From the human T2T-CHM13v2.0 reference genome, Homo sapiens, in assembly GCF_009914755.1 (NCBI RefSeq), contig NC_060931.1: a stretch of DNA of 64,000 nt. The stretch is one strand, 5' to 3'. The notes beneath the pieces are model-generated. The model made no database searches. It was not told the DNA's origin and was given only the letters and a program-made list of their open reading frames with translations. Position 1 is the first letter of the stretch; each line of letters starts with the position of its first letter. Position numbers and translations under genes: made by a program. Below are positions 1-27,777 of the stretch, piece after piece.

Positions 1-234
1 AGAGCTGGTATGTATGGCTAAGGAACCCTGTTGATCCCTCTGTAAATGTCATGCAGTCCACATAAAGGAACCAAGAGACAGAAATGTCAAGACAAGTTCA
101 CGTGCCATCCTAATGAGGAACTAAGACTAGAAACCAAGTCTTCAAAAAAAAAAAAAAAAAAATGATGTCCATTATTTAATGGCATCATTTTCCCCTAGTT
201 TCTCAAGGCAAAAAAAAAAAAAAAAAAAGTTCAA

Positions 235-507
235 CTGGATACAGTGGCTCACACCTGTAATCTAAGTACTTTAGGAGGCTTAGGCAGGAGGATCGCTCCA
301 GCCCAGGAGTTCAAGACAACATAGCGAGACCTCATGCCTACAAAAAGTTAAAAAATTAGTCAGGCACAGTAGCAGTAGTGCCTACCTGTAGTCACAGCTA
401 CCTGGGATACTGATGCAGGGGGATCACCTGAGCCCAGGAGGTCAAGGGTGCAGTGAGCCTAGATCGCACAACTGCACTCCAGCCTAAACAAGAGAAGACC
501 CTGTCTC
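235..507 (+). mobile_element. AluJ-type element lacking its poly(A) tail
   Basis: J-type diagnostics (ggaggatcgct..., gaggtcaagg.tgcagtgag). Ends at gaccctgtctc and abuts the 28S fragment directly. Confidence 0.88.
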
Positions 508-740
508 TTTGGTGTATGTGCTTGGCTGAGAAGCCAACAGGGTGAAGCTACCATCTGTGGGACTACGACTGAAGGCTTCTTAAGTCAGAATCCTGCCCAG
601 GCGGAAAAACAAGGCAATGCTGAGGGGCCTCGGATAGCCTTGGCTACCGGTCCCCTGCCGGCGGGACACTGCCCTACCGCACACGGGGACACGGGTCTGG
701 TGCGGAGAGCCATCATCCTGGAAAACAAGGTGTGGCAGTA
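508..740 (+). pseudogene. 28S (LSU) rRNA retroposed fragment from the 3' region of 28S
   Basis: tttggtgtatgtgcttggctgagaagccaacagggtgaagctaccatctgtgggactacgactgaaggcttctaagtcagaatcc...ggtgcggagagccatcatcctggaaaac matches the recalled human 28S 3' domain, with CpG decay. Confidence 0.9.
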
Positions 741-1557
741 AAAAGTTTAAAAAGTCATCCTTGACTTTCCTCTTAATTCATACCCTATCATTAAATCCAA
801 TCAACTCTACATTCAAAATAAGTCCTTAATCTGACCACCTCATCTCCTCTACTAAGACCACCTGGCCAAGCCACATTACAACCCACCAACTAGACTATTG
901 CAACAGCATGCTCTCTAGTCTCCTAGCTTTCACTTTTACCACTCTATAATCCATTCCCCATATGGTGGCCAGAGTGACTTTTTAAAATTTGAAAGAAAGC
1001 TGCGGAAAGGCATAGTACAAAGAACTTTTTCATACTGCTTTGAAGTACATTATCTTCTCCATTATTTATAGTAATCCTGAGAAATAACTATAGCAAGTTT
1101 ACTTTCTTTTTCATGGATAGACAAGGCTCAGAGAAGTGCACTGATTTGCCCAATATTACACAGCGAATAATTGGCAAGATCATGACTGGCCTTCTAAATA
1201 CTATCAATTATGCCATTCAAGTCCCTCTGCATGTATGCCACTTATTAATCACCCTCATAAATCCTAACATCCTTTCAATGCCCAGAATTACAGTAATGTT
1301 TCAAAAGAACAGCTAGAGGTACAGAAACACTATGATTTTCAACCCGGCCTACAAATTTCTTTCCTGCTAAAAGCATAATGCATGCTCTGACTACAGGTCT
1401 ACCACATGGCAAGTGTTTTTGTAAAGAATTAAAGGTGGCCGGGCGCGGTGGCTCACGCCTGTAATCCCAGCACTTTGGCAGGTGGAGGCAGGTGGATCAC
1501 CTGAGGTCAGGAGTTCAAGACCAGCCTGACCAACATGGTGAAACCCGGTCTCTACTA

Positions 1558-1722
<165 letters not shown>

Positions 1723-1789
1723 TCAAAAAAAAAAAAAAAAAAATTCAAGGTATAAGCAAAAGAGCCCCGATAATGAGCAATTTAGCAGC

Positions 1790-2116
1790 ATATTCCATGA
1801 GGCTGCAAGCTACAGCATGCCAGCTGTATTTGTTAGAACATATGGACCTACAAATGGCCTTTACATTTTTGTTTTAATGGTTGGGGAAAAAATCAATGGA
1901 ATATTTCATGACACCTAAAAATTCTTAGTTAATTCAAAGTTCTGTGTCCATAAACGAAGTTTGATTGGAACACAATCATGCTCATTTGTTTATCTATGGT
2001 CCATGGCTGCTTCCACACTACAATGGCAGAGTTAAGCAGTTACAACAGAGGTCACTTGGCCTGAAAGGTCTAAATTATTTATCTGGTCCTTTACAGAAGA
2101 AGTTTGCTAACCACTG
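1790..2116 (-). mobile_element. MER58B-like hAT-Charlie MITE
   Basis: ttggaacacaatcatgctcatttgttta...ctggtcctttacagaagaagtttgctaaccactg. Confidence 0.78.
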
Positions 2117-2446
2117 CCAATCTCTTGGTTTTGTACCTCTGGCCAGCATCCTGACCTCTCTCCTCCCTGCCAAGTGCAGGTGAAGCTTTCCCCTAGCACC
2201 TGATACTTCTCCCACCACTTTACACCCCATTTTGAGATGAATTAATTGTTACACATCTGACTCCACAGCCAGATAACAAGATAACAAGATGCTGAAGGGT
2301 GAGGCCCACATGTCCTGGTTTATTACTACATCCCCAGGGCCTAGCAATGCCCATTTATAGTAGGTGCCCAATATTAGCTGAATGAATGAAAGAACACAAG
2401 ATACTTAATACAGATTAGCTTATCTAAACAACTCTAAAATTTATAG

Positions 2447-6033
<3,587 letters not shown>

Positions 6034-7142
6034 TCACACTATATTCAACAAAAAAGTTCAGATATATCAAAGAGTTACAAATAAAAAATAATCCATAACA
6101 TAAACTATTGATCCTAAAACCATATCCTGGCTTTGGGAGAGAGAAGGAGAAAAAATAATTTCTGAGTAAAGAGACAAGAGAGATGAATAGTAAACTTAAA
6201 GGAGTTCTGACATACAAAACTTAAACCTTTGCAAAGTTCACTCCTTCAATAACTACTTTTTAAATACATACGACATTTCACACACTGTGCTTAGGCCCTG
6301 ATTTTTCAGAGTTTGAATAAAGCACATATGAGCCCTCACCTCACAGAACTGAAATCTACCGGAAAACACAGTAAATAGCACAAAAAGTGTACGGAAAGTT
6401 GCAATAAATAAGTACTAGAGGAAAAGACACATATCTCCAAGGGAACACGAACTTAGGAGGGACCACAGATGGAACGGTCATGAAAGTCTCCAAGGCATGA
6501 CATCAAAGCTGACGACAGAAGGAAGAACTCGCACCTTGGCCAGGCACAGTGGCTCAGGCCTATAATCTCAGCACTTTGGGAAGCCAAGGCAGGTGAATCA
6601 CATGAGACCAGGAGTTTGAGACCAGCCTGGCCAACAGGGTGAAGCCCCATTTCTAAAAGAAAAAAAGAACACATGCCAACCAGATGAAGACTGGGGAAAG
6701 CCAGCAGCACAAAGGCCCAAAGCAGGTAAAAGAGGACCAACCTTAGTGACACCAACAAAACAAGGGCGAATAATAAAAGGCAATATTCTAAAGCACCAAG
6801 AAAAACACAGCTTCCCACACAACAAATCATCAACAAAGGGAAATGTACATTCCTCACTGCCACCTGAAAAAACTAAACAAAACGTGAAGCCAAAAGCTGA
6901 AGGGGATGAAGCAAAACAAGTACATATATACAATCAACAGAACTGTAAATTTGGTTGCTCTTTCTAAAAGACAATCTGAAAATAATGATAGAAACTAGCA
7001 TTGCTCATAACTTTGGACTCAGATTCCAAATACCTTCTATTTCCAAAAAAAATTACTCTTCCTAACCTTAAAACTAACTGCACAAAAGATATCCACAGGA
7101 GGAGAAAACAGTGATATTTAAAAAATAAGTGCTCACTTTGTA

Positions 7143-10673
<3,531 letters not shown>

Positions 10674-11625
10674 TTAAATAACATTTACTAAAGCCAAAAG
10701 CACAAAATGTTTATTTATGAAAAAAATCAAATGTTATCTTATTTACAATTTATAGTATTTTTCTTGAACTTTTCTTAAAAATAAATTTGGATATTGATTT
10801 GTTGCCACCTACTGGTTAAATTCATATTTGAATGGCATTTCACATCAAATATTCACTACAGTTAATAGAAAACACAGAGAAAAAAAGTAATGTTCTTTTC
10901 TTTACAACGTTTTACTAAACTACTATGATAAATTCTGCTTTGGAAAAGTCTGTAAAGTTACCTCACAAAATGGTGGCTTGACTTTTGACAGTATCTTCAC
11001 TCAAATTTTTCTTTAGTGTGTTGGGACTGTTTTAAAATACCATTATAATTTATTAGAAATATAAAACCTTTAATGAAAATACTTTCAAGATGTTATTTTT
11101 AAATTTACAACTCAAACATGTATATGTACCAGTTTTTCAGAATATTGGAGTTATATAGAATTTAGGGTATTACCATCTTTTTACAGTTGATTTCTTAGGA
11201 CTGAAAACCAAAAAAAAAGTTCTCATTACATTTGTTGTTATACGTCTTAAGTAAATTTTACTCTATAGCAATCTCTCCTCTAAATTCCTTTTTCATACTA
11301 CACATTGAGGAAAGAGTCTGTTGTCTTACTGAACTACTTTTAAAACTACTTCCAGATTTTAAAAGCATAACAAATTTAACACTCTGAGTTCCCAATTCTA
11401 ATAAATCAACTGTAAAAAGGCATTCCCTACAGTAACTGTGGAAATGTGAACATGGATTGAGTTTCTGTTTTTTGTTTTTTTGAGACAGGGTCTCGCTCTG
11501 TTGCCCAGGCTGGAGTGCAATGGTGCCATTTTGGCTCACTGCAACCTCTGACTCCAGGTTCAAGCAATTCTCCTGCCTCAGCCTCCCAAGTAGCTGGGAT
11601 TACAGGCACCCGCCACCACACCTAG

Positions 11626-11766
<141 letters not shown>

Positions 11767-11841
11767 TAGATGACACCAGAAAAATTATGTTAATTTTGTT
11801 GATTGTGATAATGCATTATGATTATGTAATAAATGCATGAT

Positions 11842-12515
<674 letters not shown>

Positions 12516-12933
12516 GTGATGTATATAGAAATATGTAAGGGAGAAATAATATGCAAGAGATATAACAATAATATGCCAACTGCTTTTAAATACAGTTGCA
12601 AAAAAGAAAAAAAATGGAACAAAATCTTAATGATTGTTAAATTTAGGTGCCAAGTACTTAGGGGTTTCATATGCTATCAGCTCAGTTTCTAAGTCTGAAG
12701 TTTCCTATAATTAAAAAAAACTTTAAAAAAGAAAGAATATTAAAAAAAAAAAAAACTTTTTCAATGTAACTCCTAGAACCAAAACCCTGAAAATAAAATG
12801 TTTTAAGATAAAGTACTAATTTGAAATTATTACAAGGCAAAAATAAAAGGTGAGTAGAAACTTTACCATCTTTAAATAAATTTAGTAAAAATTGTTACAA
12901 GTTTTTTTGTTTTGTTTTGTTTTTTGTTTTTGA

Positions 12934-13065
<132 letters not shown>

Positions 13066-14859
13066 TGACTGATTTTTTTGTAATTTTAGTGGAGTCGGGG
13101 TTTCACTATCTTGGCCACACTGATTTCAAACTCCTGACCTCAGGTGGATCCACCTCAGGTGATCCACTCAGCCTCCTAAAGTCCTGGGATTACAGGCATA
13201 AGCCACTGTGCCCCGCAGATTTTTAAGATAATATGAAAGTCCAACCTAAGGGTCTCAAGCTAAAAGCACTGACCTTAAAGGCTAGTATTCTGTTGTAATT
13301 AAGTGGCCTGTTCAAATCACTTTTATCAGGGGTTAAATTTTCTTAATTATGAAAGAGAAATAATTTTTGAATCCTGTTGTAAATAGGATGATTTTCATTG
13401 TATATATCCAATAAATTATTGTTGAAATATTTCACTTTTTTCCTGTAGTTTGGAACTGTTTATTTTGACCCTTTTTGGTTATAATAGTTCTCAAATTAGA
13501 ATCTTGGATTTTTCAAAAAGATAATACCACCTGAAAATAATAAGTTTTGCTTCTTTCTAACCTGTTTGGGGTGTTTTTGTCTGATTGCACTAACACTACT
13601 AAATACCATAATACTACACAACAAAAAGGGAGAGCAGTCAACTCAATATTGTCCCTGATTTTGAAAGGAATAATAATAGTTATGACATTAACTATTAAAA
13701 CTAATTTTTTCAATAATTTTGAGAAAGTGTCTATTTGTATTTTACAAAGTTTTGAAAGGACAGATATTCAAGTACGCGCCTTTGATCCATTCTTGCGTTA
13801 ATTAAGTCACAGAAATTTGTTCTAAAGCAAAGATGAATAATTTCATATTTTATGTATAATTCTGAAACATCACTGTAAACTATTCAAAGTTCTATGCCCA
13901 AAATACATGCCCTCAGGAATTTTGAATAGAGGTACAAAAAGCCATTCCTCCTCTAGTTAAATAATCCAAACTAGTTTTGGGGTTCTTAAATCTGTTTATT
14001 TCAATCACCTCATTCATTCCATAAGCACTTATTAATTATCTGTGATCCAGGGTCTATGAACCAAACATAGAAGAATATAATGATTAAGAGACAACTTCTC
14101 ATCTTCAAGGAGCTCACCTAATTGTCTTAAATATTGTTAACATAATAATGAAGGAAGAAACATCCACCTGAGATATCCAGAAGAATTCAGAGGAAGGAAC
14201 AGCAGTCCTGAACACTGAGTGACAATGGTCAATGGCATCTCTCCAAGTATGGGCCATGAACTCCTGTGATCCCTGAGAATACTACTAAAACACTGTTTGC
14301 TTTTTTCATTGATAGTGCAATAGCAAAGGTACGTGCCTGACCAGGATCCTGGTCCTAATTCATGCTAAGGCACTAGTATTTCTAGTGCCTTGATTGATGC
14401 TAATACTAGTGCCTTGGCATGAATCAAGGACACGATCCTGGCCAGGAGCGGTGGCTCACGCCTGTAATCCTAGCACTCTGGAAGGCCAAGGCAGGCAGAT
14501 CACTTGGCAGCTGTTTGAAACCAGCCTGGCCAACATGGTGAAACCCCATCTCTACTGAAAACACAAAAATTGTCCTGGCGCAGTGGCACACACCTGTAGT
14601 CAAAGCTACTCGGGGGGCTGAGGTGGGAGGATCACTTGAGTCCAGGAGGCGGAAACTGCAGTGTGCCAAGATTATGCCACTGCACTCCAGCCTAGGAGAC
14701 AGAGTGAAACACTGTCACAAAAAAAAGGAAAAAAAAAAAAAAGGCCAGGATCCGTAACTATAACGATAGTCATTATATGCTTCATCATCATTTTTTAAGT
14801 GTCTGTAACAAAGAAGTAAAAAATTATTTTTATTAATCTCTAACCTTTAAGATGTATCT

Positions 14860-15690
14860 GTTTAAAATTCTGTGCGAGAAAATAGGAAGTACGCATTATG
14901 CCGTACCACAAAATACAATGACTATTTCAAGAAAAAGCCAAGTGGGCAGTTGAGTTGTGAGCTAAAGCAGTCAATTTTTTCATGGAGCACCACGAAAGAA
15001 CAAAAGACATATAAATTATGGTTATGCAAAGTAAAATATACAACATTTTCTTTTCTCTCCTTTTTTTTTTTTTTTTTTTTGAGACAGGTCTTGCTCTGTC
15101 ACCCAGGCTGCAGTGCAGTGGTGGTGCCATCACTGCTCAACACAGCTTCTATCTCCCAGGCTCAAGTGATCCTCCCAACTCAGTTGCCCAAGCTCCCAAG
15201 TAGGTGGGAACACTAGCACACACCACCACGCCCAGCTAAGTTTTTTGGTTTTTGTTTTTTGGTTTTGAGGTGGGTTTGTCTTTTTGTAGAGACTAGGTTT
15301 CACTATGTTTTCCATGCTTATCTCAAACTCCTGGGCTCGAACGATCTTCCTGCCTCAGCTTCCCAAAATGCTGTGATTACATGAGTGAGCCACTGTACAA
15401 GGCCACAGCAGATTTTCTTAAAAAATGAAGCAAGACTGTCAATTAAAAGATATGGCAGTATTTGTTGTTAATAACATTCAAGCTTTCAAGAGAATCAGAA
15501 TTTCTTAAAATTTGTATCTGCCACTAAGAAGCATAAAAGGCTGCAATAAAGACTTTTCTAATGAGATATTAATGTTTTTTTAGATATTGTATAATGATAT
15601 GTGTCAACATTTAAAAGATCTGCATACCTCAGTCAGCCAGTATTTTCCAAGTGATTAACGGATGATGTCACAAAAGCATGCATTGGGGAA
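14860..15690 (+). mobile_element. hAT-Charlie internal transposase fragment (Alu inside)
   Basis: atgtgtcaacatttaaaagatctgcatacctcagtcagccagtattttccaagtga resembles recalled Charlie internal sequence. Subfamily not determined. Confidence 0.5.
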
Positions 15691-15743
15691 AAGGCAATAG
15701 ATTTATCTCACGCAGGATATGGCCAGAAAAAAAAGAAAACCAT

Positions 15744-17035
<1,292 letters not shown>

Positions 17036-18403
17036 ATATAAATGGGAAATGTGATTTTTGTAGAATCTGAAACATTCCTAGGACTGTCCAGCTTATTAGC
17101 GTTAAAATTACTGCTATGTCAGAGAAGCCTACAACATCAAATATAGCCATATAAAAATTTCCTCAAAAAGAGTTGCCTAGGCCAGGCACAGTGGCTCACA
17201 CCTGACACAAGAAAAGGATCTTTCCTAACATGCTGTTTGCCTAGCTCCCTGGTCTCACCTCCCAACACTCTCCACAAAGACATTAAACTCAACACATACC
17301 AAATTACTTCCAGAATCCACCTTGTTCTCGCTCTCCTCCATGCCCCCGTATATACGCTGCTTTTCTCTCACTGAAAAAGTTACATGCTCTCCCTAACTTT
17401 GTCATTCTCCTCCCACACAGCCCCACATACCCAAACTATGGATTTGACCTGGATAGGGAAAAACAGATAAGCTTCAAATAAACAAGAAGAGGAAAGGAGG
17501 GACAATAAAATGGAATATATAAAAGTCTAGAATGGGAAAAGGTGAAACAGAGCCAAAAAGAGGCAAAGGAATAAACTGCTGAGCTAGTACCCAAATACAA
17601 ATGACATAAAAAATGTGCTAAGGGCCTGAAAAATTTATTTCTAAACCCAAACCTACTCCCAAGAGGCCCTGCAGGTAGGATGTGTTCACAAGTTAAATAA
17701 AAGTTTGCAGATAAGTGGTAAGAGATGGTAAAGAAGGTGGACAGAAGGCTTCAAGGAGGACTTGAAAGTCCTGAATGTCTGAATGGCAAACATTTGTAAA
17801 ATGTGTCACTATTGGCAGGAGCAGTGGTTTGCACCTGAAAACCCAGCAATTAGGGAGGCAAAGGTGGGATGATTGCTTGAGTCCAAGAATTTAAGACCAG
17901 CCTGGGCAACCTTAATGAAACCCCATCTTTACAAAAAATACAAAAACTAGCCAGGTATGATGGCACGTGCCTGTAGTCCCAGCTATACAGGAAGCTGAGG
18001 TGGGGGGATCACTTGAGCCCAGGAGGTTGAGGCTACAGTAAGCCAAGGTTTCACCAATGTACTCCAGCCTGGGCAATAGAGCGAGACCCTGACTCAAAAA
18101 AAACAACAACAAAAGTCACCATTATTAAGATAAACAGTACTTTAGCAGTAATGGAGTCTTTGACATAGGACAAGGTGAAGGCCAGGAAATCTGCAGACAT
18201 CTGTGTGTTCAGGTGTCCAATCCTCCACCAGAATATAGGCTCCATTAGCAAAGAACCCTTGTTCATACATCCTTTAATTTCCTACATACGTTTTCTAACT
18301 AACAGTGCATTTCCATTTTAGCACTTTGTGTTTCAATATTCTGTTCAATTATGATTACAAATGAATTATAAGTCCCCATTTTTCATAAATCTTTATCTCT
18401 TAG

Positions 18404-19338
<935 letters not shown>

Positions 19339-19799
19339 CTCTACACTCTAACTTAAAGATTTGACTATACAACCCTTCCACTATTCCATATTTCCAAAGT
19401 ACCACAATTAACTTTATTTGCAAGTCTTTCTGGCCTCTGGGAAATGAACAATTAGGCATTCTTCTGATTTAAAGCCATTCAGGTTCACCCACACTCACAC
19501 TTAAAAAAAAAAAAAAGGCCAGGAGTAGTCACTAACACCTGTAATCCCAACACTTTGGAGGCCGAAGTGGGTGGATCACCAGAGGTCAGGAGTTCAAGAC
19601 CAGCCTGGCCAACATGGTGAAACCCTGTCTCTACTAAAAACACAAAAATTAGCTGGGGGTGATGGCAGCAGCCTGTAATCCCAGCCACTCAGGAGGCTGA
19701 GGCAGAAGAATCACTTGAAACCAGGAGGCGGAGGTTACAGTGAGCCAAGATCGCACCATTGCACTCCAGCCTAGGCAACAAGAGGGACACTCCATCAAG

Positions 19800-19882
19800 G
19801 ACAGGAGAGGAGGGGAGAGGGCAGGGGAAGGCAAGGGAGGAGAGGAGAGGGGAGGGGAGGGGAGGGGAAGGGAGGAAAGGAA
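19800..19882 (+). repeat. Polypurine (GGAGG/GGAAG)n tract replacing an Alu tail
   Basis: Direct reading; a similar tract lies at about 23805-23865. Confidence 0.9.
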
Positions 19883-20433
19883 ACTTGCTTATCTAGTTTC
19901 TGATTTAAAACACTGAAGGAAGGAAAGGGGGATTTTAAGTAGCAGTGTAAATGACACAAAGAACAGTAACAACTGTTCTATTGATGTCAAATGTCAAGAG
20001 TCCATTATGATGAATCTCAATTCTCAGTCTCAACTTCTCTCCCGTAGATTGAAAAACTAAAATCTAAACAGTAGCTTTTGAGTTTGATGAGATACCCTAA
20101 AGTCATTCTCACATTTTAAAGAAATGCCAAAAACTAAACAAATGAATAATATGACCAAGCATATCGCAAGAAACGAAAAAAAATTCATTATAAGGAAAAC
20201 ACATTATATGTGCTATGTAACAATTGTAAGTTATTACAGGGAATAACATGAAAGACAACTGAAACAGCTTATCTTTCAAAGGATGAAAACTTCTCAAACT
20301 CGTTCATCTATATATTCATTCATATTTATTTTACACATGAACATGTCAATGTGTTTGGAATACAAGTAGGGCAAGAAATTGGTGTCCAAAACAGACATGG
20401 TCTGTGAGCTCTTGGGCCTATGTTGTTCTACAT

Positions 20434-20630
20434 CTGCTCTTTCCATTATCATAGCCATCAGCCCCATGTAGCTATTTAAATTTAAATTAGAGTTAAATAA
20501 AATTAAAAACCGGTTCCTCAGTCACACTAGTCACACTTCACATGGCCAAGGGCCAGCTTTCAGCTATGATACTGGACATCACAGATACAGAATGTTTCCA
20601 TAATCACAGAAAGTTCTGTTCGGTAGCAAA
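20434..20630. mobile_element. MER3/MER33-like hAT MITE
   Basis: catgtagctatttaaatttaaatt...cctcagtcacactagtcacac...cacagaaagttctgttcgg. Confidence 0.7.
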
Positions 20631-21135
20631 GGTTTAAAACGTTACATACTTCCCTCTCTCTGCTGACTAGACATTAAGATGAAACTTAACTTCTTTCTTT
20701 TAAAAAAGAGTGCAAAATTTTACTGCTGTCTTTTAGGGAAGTACCAGGTGACAGTCTTTCTACAGGTGTACTTTATATCAAAGCTGTAAAAACTTCTAAG
20801 GTTTTCTAATCCAGCAAAATAATCACCAAATGCCTTTACCAAGGTTTTAAAGTTTTTTAAAAAATTCCTGGAGGTAAGTATTTCATCATCAGTAACTATT
20901 CCAATTTACTAATTGGCTTCAAACCATTCTCAACTGCATTCACAACTGCAGTATTTCCTTTCCTAGAAAGTGAAGGATTCTGCACTTAACTGATTATCAC
21001 ATAACTCTCTATGATGCAGAAAACAGCTCCTGCTTGTCACCTCTGCATGGTGACTGGAACACAGAGGGTACTCAAACAACTGTTATATGAAGGTCAATAA
21101 ACTGTAAGTCTCCAGCACTGTCAAAAGCAACACAA

Positions 21136-25049
<3,914 letters not shown>

Positions 25050-25246
25050 TAGTTGCTATAATTAATCCCATTTTACAAATGAGAAAACTGAGGCACACAG
25101 ATAGCTTAAACATGTTCAGATTACATGGCTATTAAGCCATTACACAGCAGGATTAGGGTAAGAAGCCACGTCTGCCAGCCAACCCTATACTACATTAAAG
25201 TTTACAGAGCCTATCTTACGCGCTTTATCTATTTGCTACCACCCTG

Positions 25247-26164
<918 letters not shown>

Positions 26165-26344
26165 CCCTTATAATCCACTGTAAAGCAGGCTGTGCAGTTT
26201 GATGATCCTATTTTCCTAGAGAAAATAAGAGATTCAGGAAGGATGAATCATTCCCTCCCTATGGAGCAAGCAGCAGAGCTGGGTCTAGAATCCCCGTCTT
26301 TTAACTCTTCACCACTGTTTCTCCTCCTCAATATGCTTAGCTAG

Positions 26345-26912
<568 letters not shown>

Positions 26913-27540
26913 TTACTAAAAATACAAAAATTAGCTGGCTGTGGTGGCGCACGCCTGTAATCCCAGCTACTCGGGAGGCTGAGGCAGGAGAATTGCTTGA
27001 ACCCAGGAGATGGAGGTTGCATGAGCCAAGATTGCACCAGTGCACTCCAGCCTGGGTGACAGAGCGAGACTCTATCTCAAAAGAAAAAAAAAAAAGCTCT
27101 TGGCTAGTCATCAGAATTACATGATCCCTCCCTTAATTTCACACAGTAAATGCCAGTACCTCTATTGGTTAACATTCTATTCCACCTTGTGTCACTGCTA
27201 GTTGTTTACCTGCCTATCTCTGAGACTAAGTCATAAATCCCTTATTATCTAAGGTTCAATTTTCTCATCAGTAAAATGAAAGGGTTAGATTAAGTAATTG
27301 CTAAGGAACTCCCAACTCCAAAGTTCCATAAGGATGACTCTTAATTGAAAAAAGTAAGATAGCACAGTTGTAAGCTTCGACTTGGTAGTTTTAAATCTCA
27401 GCTCTACAACCTATCAGCTCTAAACAATGGGCCTGCTGCTGAACATTTCTGTGCCTCAGTTCCTCATCTGTAAAATGAGAATAATAGTGCTGTTAGAATT
27501 CTTCCAGGTAATGGTTTTGTTTTTTTGTGTTTTTTTTTGA

Positions 27541-27777
<237 letters not shown>

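Noticed and set aside
20766-20873. Plus-strand exon-like segment (tctttctacAG ... GAG|GTAAGT)
   Set aside because: Antisense to SRPK2 with no partner exons or promoter seen; compatible with chance.
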